Counted from the first letter of the stretch, positions 27,764-38,353 are shown. The stretch is 64,000 nucleotides of DNA from Escherichia coli (GCF_011045215.1 NZ_CP049201.1), one strand, 5' to 3'. Numbers and translations: made by a program. Notes: generated by a model not told the origin, from the sequence alone.

Positions 27764-28912
27764 ATGGGATGGAGCAGAACAAAATCATTATCAACAGAAT
27801 TACCTCATAAACCATCAATGATGTTGTGGTTTATGACAGGGGCATTTATGGCTGTTGTTGGTGCTCTGTTGTTTATTATCCGGGCATCAGGATATGTGAA
27901 AGCATTAAATAATTTCAGTATCTGGTGGCTTGCATTGACTCCTCCGGGGAGCTGGTTTTTCCTGTTTTGCCTGCGACACTGGCAGTGGAGCAACCAGATG
28001 GATGAACATTTGTTTCTTAAAAAAGAGGGGGAGTATGCTCAGAAACAGTGGGAATCCTGGGCCGAAAGGTATCTTGTTATTACTGCCAGTTGTGTTTATT
28101 TGCCTGATAAAATAACGGTAGCTACTCTTTGTGATGAATTGCCTCTGCAGTATGGCCTTGTAAAGAAAATAGATTATCTTTCTGACAGTGGGCATAAGGT
28201 TGAAGCCTCTTTACGTGTCTTGCTTAGGGAGATAACGGATAAATTTTGTCAGTTACCTGCCGCTCTCCCTGTAAATGTGACGCTGATAACCGATCAGCCT
28301 GATTCTGAAATCAGATCTGCTTTTGTTTCTGCATGGGAAGCGTTATTTCCCCAACGCGTCGTTCCTGACAATATTGAGGTTACTCCCGACTTTTCCATGG
28401 GGTGGGGTGATGAGCGTCTGAAACAACCAGTGCTGACTGTGGATTTGATACTGGTAATACAGCTTAATGGGGGAAATGCATACTCTGACGGACTGGCTGC
28501 ACTTTTGTTGACCAGCGATGATGTTGCGCAAAAATATAATCTGCCGCATTCAGCCCGTCTGCTACGCCCGATGTCGCTGGATATCAACAAGTTTAATGAT
28601 GAATTCACACTTTTCCTTGAAACCCAGACAGCTGCCTGTCGTACCGCTCGTGTACTGGGGGACTGTTATCACTGGGAAAAGATTGCTGCACCGCTGATGA
28701 CTATTGGAAACCAGTATGGTGCCGGATGGGAACCGTCCGGACGTATGTTACTGGAAAAATGGTGCGGTATCCCGGGACCTGCTGCTCCGTGGCTGCTTAC
28801 TGCTCTGGCAGCCGATCTGGTCTGTCTTGGTAATGATTCTCTCCTGACTTTATTCTCATCCGGAGAAGAACATTTTATCAGTACTGTTACATCAGGAAAC
28901 CAGAATGAATAA
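27764..28912 (+). CDS. T6SS-associated inner-membrane protein of unknown function
   Basis: 382 aa with two N-terminal TM helices; 3 bp after PAAR and overlapping the tssM start. Confidence 0.55.
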   Translation: MGWSRTKSLSTELPHKPSMMLWFMTGAFMAVVGALLFIIRASGYVKALNNFSIWWLALTPPGSWFFLFCLRHWQWSNQMDEHLFLKKEGEYAQKQWESWAERYLVITASCVYLPDKITVATLCDELPLQYGLVKKIDYLSDSGHKVEASLRVLLREITDKFCQLPAALPVNVTLITDQPDSEIRSAFVSAWEALFPQRVVPDNIEVTPDFSMGWGDERLKQPVLTVDLILVIQLNGGNAYSDGLAALLLTSDDVAQKYNLPHSARLLRPMSLDINKFNDEFTLFLETQTAACRTARVLGDCYHWEKIAAPLMTIGNQYGAGWEPSGRMLLEKWCGIPGPAAPWLLTALAADLVCLGNDSLLTLFSSGEEHFISTVTSGNQNE

Positions 28913-31900
28913 ACTGGCCTGTCTGTCTGGTCGCTTTGGGCGACCGGGGATTGTATTTATTGGTGTGGCTGCGCTCTGGTGGCTGATAACCCGATATGGA
29001 GCATATCTGGGGGCAGAAACACGCCGGGATCAAATACTACTGCTGATATTGCTGAGTCTGGGGTTGCTCTTTGTCTGTTACCTGCCTGTGATGAAAAAAT
29101 ATGTTCAGGAACTGACATATCGACGCAGGGCCCGTAAGGAGCAAAGGTTACCTGACGATGAAGAGCGACTGGCTCAGACGCCACCGCGCTATGTTACTGT
29201 TCAGGATATTCGTCATACTCTGCGGCGCCAGTATGGCAGATTCTGGGGACGTAAGATACGCATTCTGTTGATAACAGGTACCGCCTCTGAGGTTGAGTTG
29301 TTGACCCCGGGCCTGACAGAACAGTTCTGGCAGGAAGAGCAGGGGACATTGCTTCTCTGGGGAGGAGACCCCTCGCAGCCGGAAAACGCAGACTGGCTGG
29401 CTGCGTTACGCCGTCTGCGTTACCGGCCTGCTGATGGCATTGTCTGGGTAACTTCCGGACTGAGTGAAACATTATCCGCACCACTTACAGAAGATGCCCT
29501 TGACAGGGTTTCCCGTGCAGTCAGTTCATGTTGTGAGCGCCTTGGCTGGCGTCTGCCGCTGTATGTCTGGTCACTGCAGGAGAGTCCGGATGAGCGTGGG
29601 CGTATTACTCAGCCCGTGGGATGCCTTCTGCCGGCAGAATGTCGTTCTGACAAACTGAAAGCACAACTACAGGCCATGCTCCCCGGGCTTGTTACTCAGG
29701 GGATACAGCAGATATGCAGTGCCCCTCGGTATTATTTTTTGTTGTCGCTGGCAGAGCGATTCAGACGAAATATTGATGCTGTGGTGGAGCCATTATCCGT
29801 ATTACTCCGTTCATACCGTCAGTTGTTGCTGGCGGGTATTGTTTTCAGTCCGGCAACTGTCGGTGGTGAACGAAGTGTCAGACATCGCTGGCGAATGGAT
29901 AACCGCTGGGAGGCGTTGCCGGAGACAGTGCAGCAATTACCTGTCCGGCTACAGCCTTCCCGCACAGGTCATAACTGGCGCAGAAGCCTGACTGTTATGG
30001 CGGTCATACTGATGATGGCTCAGGGAACAGGAATGGTGGTTTCCTTTCTGGCAAACCGGAGTCTGGTTGCTGAAGTACAGGAACAGATTCGTCCAGTTCA
30101 GAACCAGCAACAGTCTCTTACAGAACGTCTGCAGGCGTTGCTGAATCTGCAGAAATCCCTGGCCCGCCTTCAGTATCGTGAGGAGCACGAGGCGCCATGG
30201 TACCTGCGGGCCGGTATGAATCAGAATGCAGACCTGCTCGCGGTCGTAATGCCTCTTTATGCACAAAATGCACATCTTTTACTGCGTGATGCCGCTGCTG
30301 CTCATCTTGAGCAGCAGCTCAGAATATTTATTCGTCTTCCTCCGGACAGCCCGCAGCGGGGGAAAATGGCAAAAGCCGCCCGTGACCAGCTCAGACTGTA
30401 TCTGATGCTGGCGCAACCGCAACATATGGAGTCCGCCTGGTTCAGTCGTACGCTCATGCGGGAATGGCCACAGCGTGACGGTGTGAGTGCCGGTTTCTGG
30501 CAGGCTAACGGCCCGACGCTGCTGGCGTATTATGCCTCCGGGCTTATTACCCATCCTCAGTGGAAGCTGACAGTTGATGAAGAGCTGGTCAGCCAGAGCA
30601 GGACTCTGCTGCTTCGCCATATGGGAACACAGAACAGCGATGCCATGCTGTATCAGAAAATGCTGGCACGGGTGGCACATCAGTTTGCGGATATGCGTCT
30701 GACGGATATGACCGGTGATACTGATGTCTCCCGCCTCTTTTTCACCGATGAAGTGGTCCCCGGTATGTTTACCCGCCAGGCCTGGGAAGAGGCCGTATTG
30801 CCGGCCATAGATACCGTGATTAATGAGCGTCGTGAAGAAATGGACTGGGTACTGACTGATGGCAGGCAGAAGACACCGTCACCGGTATCGCCGGAAGCAC
30901 TCAGACAGCGCCTGAAAACGCGCTATTTTGCTGATTTTGGTAATGCCTGGCTGAATTTTCTGAACAGTCTGCAGTTACGCCGGGCTCAGACGCTGTCTGA
31001 TGTGACAGAGCAGCTGACGCTGATGGCTGATGTGCGCCAGTCCCCCCTGGTTGCACTGATGAATACGCTGGCGGTTCAGGGGCGTACTGGTCAGCCCCGG
31101 GAAGCAGTTACTGATTCACTGGTTAAATCTGCCAGAAACCTGCTTTCACAGGAAAAACAGCCGGTGACAGCACAGGAAAGCCGGCTTCACGGTCCTCTGG
31201 CGACGACTTTCGGGCCGGTGCTTGCACTGATGGATAATCAGAACAACAGCGCGGATATGCTGAATCTGCAGACGTATCTGATCCGGATTACACAGGTTCG
31301 TCTGCGTCTGCAACAGATTGCCGGCTCTTCTGACCCGCAGGCCATGATGCAGATGCTGGCACAGACAGTATTGCAGGGGAAATCGGTTGATTTAACTGAT
31401 ACCCGGGATTACGGCAGCCTGGCCGCTGCCGGACTCGGACAGGAGTGGTATGGCTTCGGACAGACGGTCTTTGTTCGCCCGATGGAGCAGGCGTGGCAGC
31501 AGGTTCTTACACCCGCGGCAGAAAGTCTGAATACCCGGTGGCGTACTGCGGTGGTGGATGGCTGGAATAATGCATTTTCCGGGCGTTATCCGTTTAAAAA
31601 TGTCAGCAGCGATGCTTCACTTCCCCTGCTGGCAAAATACCTGAATACGGACACGGGACGTATTGCCCGTTTTCTGCAGAATAACCTGAGTGGTGTGTTG
31701 CGCAGGGAAGGCAATCGCTGGGTACCGGATACCATTAATACCCGGGGGCTGACATTCAACCCTGCGTTTCTGAAAGCCATCAATACCCTGAGTGAAATAG
31801 CAGATGTGGCGTTCACCACAGGTAACGCGGGGCTGCATTTTGAGCTGCGACCGGGAACTGCTGCCGGTGTGATGCAGACGACGCTGATAACCGATAATCA

Positions 31901-32294
31901 GAAACTGATTTATGTTAATCAGATGCCGGTATGGAAGCGATTTACCTGGCCGGCTGATACGGAAGCACCTGGCGCCAGTTTAAGCTGGGTAAGCACTCAG
32001 GCCGGTACCCGTCAGTATGCAGACCTGCCGGGAAGCTGGGGGCTGATACGTCTGCTTGAGATGGCCCGACGGAAAGCCGCACCGGGCGTTGCCAGTGGCT
32101 GGAGCCTGAGCTGGCAGGCGCAGGACGGTCGTATGCTGAATTACACACTGCGAACTGAAGCGGGGGAAGGGCCGCTTGTATTGCTGAAACTCCGCAATTT
32201 TGTTCTGCCGGAAACGGTTTTCGAACTCTCCGGTACGTCAGCGTTTACAGGCAATGACGAAGATGCCGGGGATTCCGTGGAGGAGACTGACTGA
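28905..32294 (+). CDS. tssM: T6SS membrane-complex protein TssM (IcmF-like)
   Basis: 1129 aa with N-terminal TM helices and large periplasmic region; size and position match IcmF/TssM. Confidence 0.88.
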   Translation: MNKLACLSGRFGRPGIVFIGVAALWWLITRYGAYLGAETRRDQILLLILLSLGLLFVCYLPVMKKYVQELTYRRRARKEQRLPDDEERLAQTPPRYVTVQDIRHTLRRQYGRFWGRKIRILLITGTASEVELLTPGLTEQFWQEEQGTLLLWGGDPSQPENADWLAALRRLRYRPADGIVWVTSGLSETLSAPLTEDALDRVSRAVSSCCERLGWRLPLYVWSLQESPDERGRITQPVGCLLPAECRSDKLKAQLQAMLPGLVTQGIQQICSAPRYYFLLSLAERFRRNIDAVVEPLSVLLRSYRQLLLAGIVFSPATVGGERSVRHRWRMDNRWEALPETVQQLPVRLQPSRTGHNWRRSLTVMAVILMMAQGTGMVVSFLANRSLVAEVQEQIRPVQNQQQSLTERLQALLNLQKSLARLQYREEHEAPWYLRAGMNQNADLLAVVMPLYAQNAHLLLRDAAAAHLEQQLRIFIRLPPDSPQRGKMAKAARDQLRLYLMLAQPQHMESAWFSRTLMREWPQRDGVSAGFWQANGPTLLAYYASGLITHPQWKLTVDEELVSQSRTLLLRHMGTQNSDAMLYQKMLARVAHQFADMRLTDMTGDTDVSRLFFTDEVVPGMFTRQAWEEAVLPAIDTVINERREEMDWVLTDGRQKTPSPVSPEALRQRLKTRYFADFGNAWLNFLNSLQLRRAQTLSDVTEQLTLMADVRQSPLVALMNTLAVQGRTGQPREAVTDSLVKSARNLLSQEKQPVTAQESRLHGPLATTFGPVLALMDNQNNSADMLNLQTYLIRITQVRLRLQQIAGSSDPQAMMQMLAQTVLQGKSVDLTDTRDYGSLAAAGLGQEWYGFGQTVFVRPMEQAWQQVLTPAAESLNTRWRTAVVDGWNNAFSGRYPFKNVSSDASLPLLAKYLNTDTGRIARFLQNNLSGVLRREGNRWVPDTINTRGLTFNPAFLKAINTLSEIADVAFTTGNAGLHFELRPGTAAGVMQTTLITDNQKLIYVNQMPVWKRFTWPADTEAPGASLSWVSTQAGTRQYADLPGSWGLIRLLEMARRKAAPGVASGWSLSWQAQDGRMLNYTLRTEAGEGPLVLLKLRNFVLPETVFELSGTSAFTGNDEDAGDSVEETD

Positions 32295-33892
32295 TGGCTT
32301 CCATTCATTCGCTCCTCAGTGCATGCCAGACGACACCCCGGGATGTGGCTGAACCGGCTCAGGTGCGTATTGTGCTGTGGGATAAATGGCTTGCTCCCGT
32401 GACGCCAGATAATCCCGCAGGTGATGATGCGGGGTACGATGATGATTTTCAGCAGATGCGTGAAGAGGTCAATAAATTCTCCGGAGCCGATGCCGGAATA
32501 GTCAGCCAGCTTGCAGAAAAATTACTGACCACCAGAACCAAAGATATCCGGGTGGCGACCTGGTATATCTGGGCCCGTCTGCGGCAGGATGGTGAAAAAG
32601 GTCTGGCCGACGGTCTGGAGCTGCTGACCGGTTTGTTGCAGCGTTTTGGAGAGCACCTGCATCCACAACGGTCACGGGCCAGGAAGGCGGCGCTGGAGTG
32701 GTTATGCAGCGCCCGCATACTGGACAGTCTGTCTCTGTATCCGGAGGTGGTGAAGGCGGATACCCTGCGCATTGCCGGGGCGCTGTGGCTGGCAGAACAG
32801 ACCTTTACGGATGAGGCTTCCGCCCCGGTGCTGAACGGGTTATATCAGGCACTTGAAAATCGCCTGATGAAGGCCGGTGGTGTTGATGCAGTGGTGCCTC
32901 AGGAGGCTGCCGCGCCGGCACCGACGGTAACATCCGGCAGCGTCACGGCACTATCTGCCATCACCTCCGGACAGGAACTGCTGTCACAGGCTCGTGTTCT
33001 GGCAAAATATCTGCGTGACCAGCCTGAGGGCTGGCTGGCGGCTCATCGGCTGATGAAAAGCGTCCGGCATGACACGCTGCATCAGTTACCGCCGTTATCT
33101 GCTGATGGACGGACCCGTATTGCCCCACCGGGGCCGGACCGGCGTGCGTCACTGAAACGGTTGTATCTGCAGCAGAACTGGTTGTCACTACTTGAGCAGT
33201 GTGACGATATGTTTGCCCGGGGAGCCAGTCATCTGTGGCTGGACCTGCAGTGGTATATTCATCAGGCGCTGTTGCAGACCGGAAAAGAAAATTATGCTGC
33301 CATTATTCAGTATGACCTGAAAGGATTGCTTCTGCGCCTGCCGGGGCTTGAGACACTGGCTTTTAACGACGGCATGCCGTTTGCCGATGACGTGACGCTG
33401 AGCTGGATACAGCAGCAGGTGATGGAGTGTGGTGAACGCTGGGCGGAAGAACTTTCTGTAACGATAACGGCAGCTCCCGGAGATAACGACATTTTATCTC
33501 TTGAGCCGGAAGCCCTGCAGATTGCGGATAATGAAGGAACAGAAGCCGCTTTAAGCTGGTTACAGGCACGTCCCGGTATTCAGTCTGACCGCAGCAACTG
33601 GCTACTGCGCCTGTTGATGGCCCGTGTTGCCGAACAGACTGGAAAAAATGACCTTGCCCTGCATCTGCTTGCGGAGCTGGATGAACGTGCAACCCGGCTG
33701 ACCCTGTCACAATGGGAACCTGAACTGGTATTTGAAGTAAAAGCCCGCCGCCTGAAACTGTTGCGTATGAAGTCCGCAAAAACTGAAAGTGACAGAGTGC
33801 GTCTGCAACCTGATATGGAACATCTTCTTGCCGGGCTTATTGCTATTGATGCTGCCAGAGCTGCTGTGTTGTGCAATCCGGGAAGTTCATGA
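32294..33892 (+). CDS. tssA: T6SS protein TssA (ImpA N-terminal domain)
   Basis: 532 aa; N-terminal VTPDNPAGDDAGYDDDFQQMREEVNK is the ImpA_N signature. Confidence 0.8.
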   Translation: MASIHSLLSACQTTPRDVAEPAQVRIVLWDKWLAPVTPDNPAGDDAGYDDDFQQMREEVNKFSGADAGIVSQLAEKLLTTRTKDIRVATWYIWARLRQDGEKGLADGLELLTGLLQRFGEHLHPQRSRARKAALEWLCSARILDSLSLYPEVVKADTLRIAGALWLAEQTFTDEASAPVLNGLYQALENRLMKAGGVDAVVPQEAAAPAPTVTSGSVTALSAITSGQELLSQARVLAKYLRDQPEGWLAAHRLMKSVRHDTLHQLPPLSADGRTRIAPPGPDRRASLKRLYLQQNWLSLLEQCDDMFARGASHLWLDLQWYIHQALLQTGKENYAAIIQYDLKGLLLRLPGLETLAFNDGMPFADDVTLSWIQQQVMECGERWAEELSVTITAAPGDNDILSLEPEALQIADNEGTEAALSWLQARPGIQSDRSNWLLRLLMARVAEQTGKNDLALHLLAELDERATRLTLSQWEPELVFEVKARRLKLLRMKSAKTESDRVRLQPDMEHLLAGLIAIDAARAAVLCNPGSS

Positions 33893-34025
33893 GATGTCTG
33901 AATTATATTCATGTGTAATCTGATTAATGAAATCCGGCCTGCAGTTCAGTTCGGACGATTGTTTGAAGTATGGTTGAAGTCAGAGCGCGAGTCTCCGGAA
34001 CAGTTAGCTTTATTCTGAGAAGATA

Positions 34026-35789
34026 ATGGACGATTTAACCCTGCGTTATTTTGACGCTGAAATGCGTTATCTGCGTGAAGCCGGAAAGGCGTTTGCACAG
34101 GCTCATCCCGATCGGGCGGCGATGCTGGATCTCGATAAAGCGGGTACGCCTGATCCCTGCGTGGAGCGCCTGTTTGAAGGTTTCGCCTTTTCCATGGGAC
34201 GACTGCGCCAGAAAATCGACGATGATTTGCCGGAGCTTACTGAAAGTCTGGTCAGTATGCTCTGGCCTCATTACCTGCGTACTATCCCGTCCCTGTCGGT
34301 GGTGGCACTGACTCCCCGGTTATCCGTCATGAAAATGGCTGAAACCGTACCAGCCGGACTGGAAGTGACTTCCCGCCCTGTTGGCCCCGGAAATACAGTC
34401 TGTCGTTACCGTACCACCCGGGCCATACCACTGAATCCACTGGCAGTGGAGAAGGTTGTTATGACGACGGAGCCGGACGGGCGTTCAGTGTTGAAAATAG
34501 GTTTTGCCTGCAGTGAACTGGCTGACTGGTCTCAGGTCGATTTGCATCGTCTGAGCCTGTATCTGGCAGCAGAAGCCCCGGTCAGCAGCACCCTTCATCT
34601 GATGATGACAAAGCGTCTGGCTGCGCTGTATCTGAGGCTGCCGGGAAATGATGAGCGGATCCGCATTGACGGATGGTTTTCTCCCGGTGGTTTTGCAGAA
34701 GAAGATCGGCTGTGGCCGAAAGGTGACAGTGCTTTCAGTGGGTATCAGTTATTGCTGGAATATTTCACCTTTCGGGAAAAGTTTATGTTTGTTCATCTGA
34801 ACGGACTGGAGAATGTTTCTCTGCCGGCAGGTATTTCCGGATTTGATCTTGAGGTGGTGCTGAGTCAGCCCTGGCCGGCAGATTTACCTGTGACAGACGA
34901 TGCCCTGTGTCTGCATTGTGTGCCGGTGATTAACCTTTTTACGCTTGAAGCCGATCCACTCATCATCAATGGGCTGGAGAGCGAATACCTGCTGCGCCCG
35001 AAGCGTCTGCAGGATGGGTATACGGAGATATATTCCGTGGATGCGGTGACGGGCTCCGGGCGAACCGGCAGTGCAGAGTACGTGCCTTTTACCAGCTTCC
35101 GTCACCGTGGGGGAATGCTGCGCCATGATGCACCCGAACGTTATTATCATACCCGGGTGAAGCGGGGTGTCACGGGGATGTATGACACATGGCTTATCCT
35201 TGGCGGTCAGCGGTGGGAGGCGGATCGGATGCCGGAGCGGGAAACGCTTTCATTACGTATTACAGGTACCAATGGTCAGCTTCCCCGTCGTGCGTTGCAG
35301 AGTACGCTGCTTGATCGGTGTGAACAGGTACTGCAGACCCCGGTCAGTGTACGTAATCTTTGTAAACCCACGCTACCGGTTTATCCGCCGACAGAAGATC
35401 GTTTTCACTGGCGGGTGATGAGTCATCTGGGGACAGGATTTCTTAACATGCTGAGCAGTGCGGAAGTGCTGCGTGGCACGCTGGCGCTTTATAACTGGCG
35501 GGACGATGAACTTAATCACCGTCGGCTTGATGCCATTCTGGCTGTACAGCATCATCGTATTCAGCGTTTTGAAAAGGGTTTTCTGCTCCGGGGGCTTGAT
35601 GTGGAGGTAACTCTTGATGGCAACGGGTTTGCCGGAGAGGGAGATATTCACCTGTTTGGCGAAATGCTCAACCGTTTCCTGGCCCTGTACGCCGATATGA
35701 ATCAGTTCAATCAGCTCACACTGATTGTTCAGCCTGAAGGAAAATGCATCCGGTGGAAAGAAAATCACAATCCGCGCCTGCCCGGTTAA
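34026..35789 (+). CDS. tssF: T6SS baseplate protein TssF
   Basis: 587 aa; MDDLTLRYFDAEMRYLREAGKAFAQAHPDRAAMLDL start typical of TssF. Confidence 0.85.
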   Translation: MDDLTLRYFDAEMRYLREAGKAFAQAHPDRAAMLDLDKAGTPDPCVERLFEGFAFSMGRLRQKIDDDLPELTESLVSMLWPHYLRTIPSLSVVALTPRLSVMKMAETVPAGLEVTSRPVGPGNTVCRYRTTRAIPLNPLAVEKVVMTTEPDGRSVLKIGFACSELADWSQVDLHRLSLYLAAEAPVSSTLHLMMTKRLAALYLRLPGNDERIRIDGWFSPGGFAEEDRLWPKGDSAFSGYQLLLEYFTFREKFMFVHLNGLENVSLPAGISGFDLEVVLSQPWPADLPVTDDALCLHCVPVINLFTLEADPLIINGLESEYLLRPKRLQDGYTEIYSVDAVTGSGRTGSAEYVPFTSFRHRGGMLRHDAPERYYHTRVKRGVTGMYDTWLILGGQRWEADRMPERETLSLRITGTNGQLPRRALQSTLLDRCEQVLQTPVSVRNLCKPTLPVYPPTEDRFHWRVMSHLGTGFLNMLSSAEVLRGTLALYNWRDDELNHRRLDAILAVQHHRIQRFEKGFLLRGLDVEVTLDGNGFAGEGDIHLFGEMLNRFLALYADMNQFNQLTLIVQPEGKCIRWKENHNPRLPG

Positions 35790-36844
35790 TTACCCGTTAC
35801 CGGAAACAGCTTCCGTATATTAATTTTTACCGCTTCTGTCAGTTACTGGAACAAAGCCAGCCAGACCAGCCTCCCATTGGCAGTGGCTGGCAGGCCCGTC
35901 AGGAAGCGGTTCGCTTTTGTCCATACCCGGGAATGGGGTTTCCTGCGAGTGAAATAAAAGACGCTGTAATTCCTGAAGAATCCCATCTGCCACCCACTGT
36001 ACATGTGACGTTTATGGGACTTTACGGGGTCACGTCTCCGTTGCCGGCACACTATATCAGTGATATTGCACAGCAGCGGGAAGGCCATGAGGCGGCAGCG
36101 GATTTTCTCGATATATTCAGTCATCGTCTGATCACCCAGTATTACCGTATCTGGCGCAAATATTCGTACCCGGCCACCTTTGAGGCGGGAGGGCAGGATA
36201 AAACGTCTCAGTATCTGCTCGGTCTGGCTAGGCTGGGGATCCCCGGATGTGCACAGAATATTGCCACGCCGGTATCGCGTTTTCTGGCGTTATTGCCCCT
36301 GATGTTGTTACCCGGAAGAACAGCTGAAGGGCTGACATCACTGGTAACGCTACTAGCTCCCGGAACACAGGCCCGTGTCTGGCATCATGACCGACGACGG
36401 ATCCCGCTGAAAACACCGCTGACCATGCGTGTTCATCATCCGGTCAGTCTGAAGAGTCGCCCGGTGATGGGCGATCATGCCACGGATGTGAACGGACAGG
36501 TGTTATTACAGCTTTCAACACAGACGGGCAGCGAGGTACAGGGCTGGTTACCGGGCGGGCAGCTGTATTCTGATTTGCTGGCGTTGTTGCACGTTTATCT
36601 GGGAAGCCGTCTGGATGTACGTCTGCAACTTTGTGTTGAGCGTTCACTGTTACCAGATGCCCGGCTCAGTTGCCGGCCGGCAGCCGGTAGTCCGCAACTG
36701 GGGCGCACGGCAGTAATGAGAACACAGGCAAAGATAACGAATTCAGCGGCACGCGTCATGACCATCAGTCTGGGGCGTTATCAGCGGGTTCAGGAACATT
36801 ATCAACGTAAGGAGACTCAGGAAAATGGCGATTATCGCTGGTAA
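35744..36844 (+). CDS. tssG: T6SS baseplate protein TssG
   Basis: 366 aa immediately after tssF with overlap; start codon uncertain. Confidence 0.78.
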   Translation: MHPVERKSQSAPARLITRYRKQLPYINFYRFCQLLEQSQPDQPPIGSGWQARQEAVRFCPYPGMGFPASEIKDAVIPEESHLPPTVHVTFMGLYGVTSPLPAHYISDIAQQREGHEAAADFLDIFSHRLITQYYRIWRKYSYPATFEAGGQDKTSQYLLGLARLGIPGCAQNIATPVSRFLALLPLMLLPGRTAEGLTSLVTLLAPGTQARVWHHDRRRIPLKTPLTMRVHHPVSLKSRPVMGDHATDVNGQVLLQLSTQTGSEVQGWLPGGQLYSDLLALLHVYLGSRLDVRLQLCVERSLLPDARLSCRPAAGSPQLGRTAVMRTQAKITNSAARVMTISLGRYQRVQEHYQRKETQENGDYRW

Positions 36845-37361
36845 GGCTGGTTACGGTCTGATTATTGCGTTGTTTTCCCTGTCGTTATCAGGGTGCGGTC
36901 TGACGCAAAGAGTGGCAGACGGTACGGTATCTGCCACGAAATCCCTGTTTTACCGACAGATAAAAACACTTCACCTGGATATTCGTGCAAGGGAGGCCAT
37001 TAACACCAGTGCTGCCGGTATTCCCCTGTCGGTTGTGGTGCGGATTTATCAGCTTAAAGACAACCGGAATTTTGACAGTGCGGATTATCAGGCGCTTTTT
37101 ACGGGGGACAATGAAATTCTGGCAGGCGATATCATTGCACAGAAAGATGTATGGCTGCAGCCAGGAGGTTCAGTAGCCGTGGATATGCCCCTGGATGATG
37201 CGGCGAAATTTACCGGTGTGGCAGCAATGTTTCTGGAGCCTGACCGGAAGAAAAATACCTGGCGGGTGGTGCTGAGCCGGGATGAGCTTGAGCCGGACAC
37301 GCCCCGTCTTATTGAAGTATCCGGTAACACCCTGACGCTGTTACCGGTGAAGGATAAATAG
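36825..37361 (+). CDS. tssJ: T6SS outer-membrane lipoprotein TssJ
   Basis: 178 aa with lipobox LSLSGCGL; position before tssE. Confidence 0.72.
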   Translation: MAIIAGKAGYGLIIALFSLSLSGCGLTQRVADGTVSATKSLFYRQIKTLHLDIRAREAINTSAAGIPLSVVVRIYQLKDNRNFDSADYQALFTGDNEILAGDIIAQKDVWLQPGGSVAVDMPLDDAAKFTGVAAMFLEPDRKKNTWRVVLSRDELEPDTPRLIEVSGNTLTLLPVKDK

Positions 37362-37363
37362 CG

Positions 37364-37795
37364 ATGCCGCGTCCTTCCCTTTATGAAATTCTCTATGGCA
37401 ATTTCGCTGGCGGGCTGGAGTTAAATCAGGTCGGTGAGGAAGAGCAGGTTATTCTTTCGGTGCTCGATAACATGCAGCGTATTCTGAATACCCGGGCCGG
37501 AAGCCTTAAACATCTGCCGGATTATGGTCTGCCGGATATAACAACCATTCTGCAGGGAATGCCGGGGACGGCGCATCAACTGATGCGCGTGCTTTCAGAT
37601 GTTCTGCTGAAGTATGAGCCACGTATTAAGCGTGTCGACGTGACGATGCAGGAACAGACTCAGCCAGGTGAGTTGCATTATGTCATTGATGCAGAACTTA
37701 AAGATGCAGGGCTGGTTCGCTACGGAACAACATTTATGCCGGAGGGCAGGGTGTTGTTGCGCCATCTGAAACAGCAGCGGTACGTTCAGACGTGA
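37364..37795 (+). CDS. tssE: T6SS baseplate protein TssE (gp25-like)
   Basis: 143 aa; SLYEILYGNF...ILSVLDNMQRILNTRAGS... matches the gp25/TssE family pattern. Confidence 0.8.
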   Translation: MPRPSLYEILYGNFAGGLELNQVGEEEQVILSVLDNMQRILNTRAGSLKHLPDYGLPDITTILQGMPGTAHQLMRVLSDVLLKYEPRIKRVDVTMQEQTQPGELHYVIDAELKDAGLVRYGTTFMPEGRVLLRHLKQQRYVQT

Positions 37796-37951
37796 GCCGG
37801 AGCAGGGAGGGCAAAACAGAAATTAATAAACAGTGATGGATATATGTCAGGTGTGAATGTGACATTATACTGGCTTATGACAACACTGGCTGAATGTTTC
37901 ATCATCCTGATAACTCTGGCATATCAACAATAACAATGTATGAGTTTTTAA

Positions 37952-38353
37952 ATGAAGAAAATTATCTGTTTTCTGTTCGTGGGGCTTTTATTTTCGGTTC
38001 AGGCAGATGCTGCGCGGGGAAGAAAACCCTGCTCGGGTGCTAAAGGTGGTATTTCACACTGCACGTCAGACGGACGTTTTGTCTGCAATGACGGAAGTCT
38101 GAGTCAGTCGAAGCGCTTTTGTTCCGGTTATGGCGTGGCACCCGACAAACGTCAGGTGGAATCACCGGTCACCACGAAGCCGGTTCAGAAGAAAAAATCA
38201 GCGGCTGTCCGGAAGGTGTCACAACCGTCGGTGGCCGGGAAAAATGAGGTTGTACCGGTCACTGAACCCCGTAAACCCACCTGTGCGCCGCTTTATATGG
38301 CCAGCAAACCTGGATTTACACATCTGCCCATTTGTTCCGGTAATCAGTATTAA
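37952..38353 (+). CDS. Secreted Cys-containing small protein (signal peptide)
   Basis: 133 aa; signal peptide MKKIICFLFVGLLFSVQADA; mature part has Cys-containing Gly-rich N-terminal segment and Lys-rich middle. Confidence 0.5.
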   Translation: MKKIICFLFVGLLFSVQADAARGRKPCSGAKGGISHCTSDGRFVCNDGSLSQSKRFCSGYGVAPDKRQVESPVTTKPVQKKKSAAVRKVSQPSVAGKNEVVPVTEPRKPTCAPLYMASKPGFTHLPICSGNQY

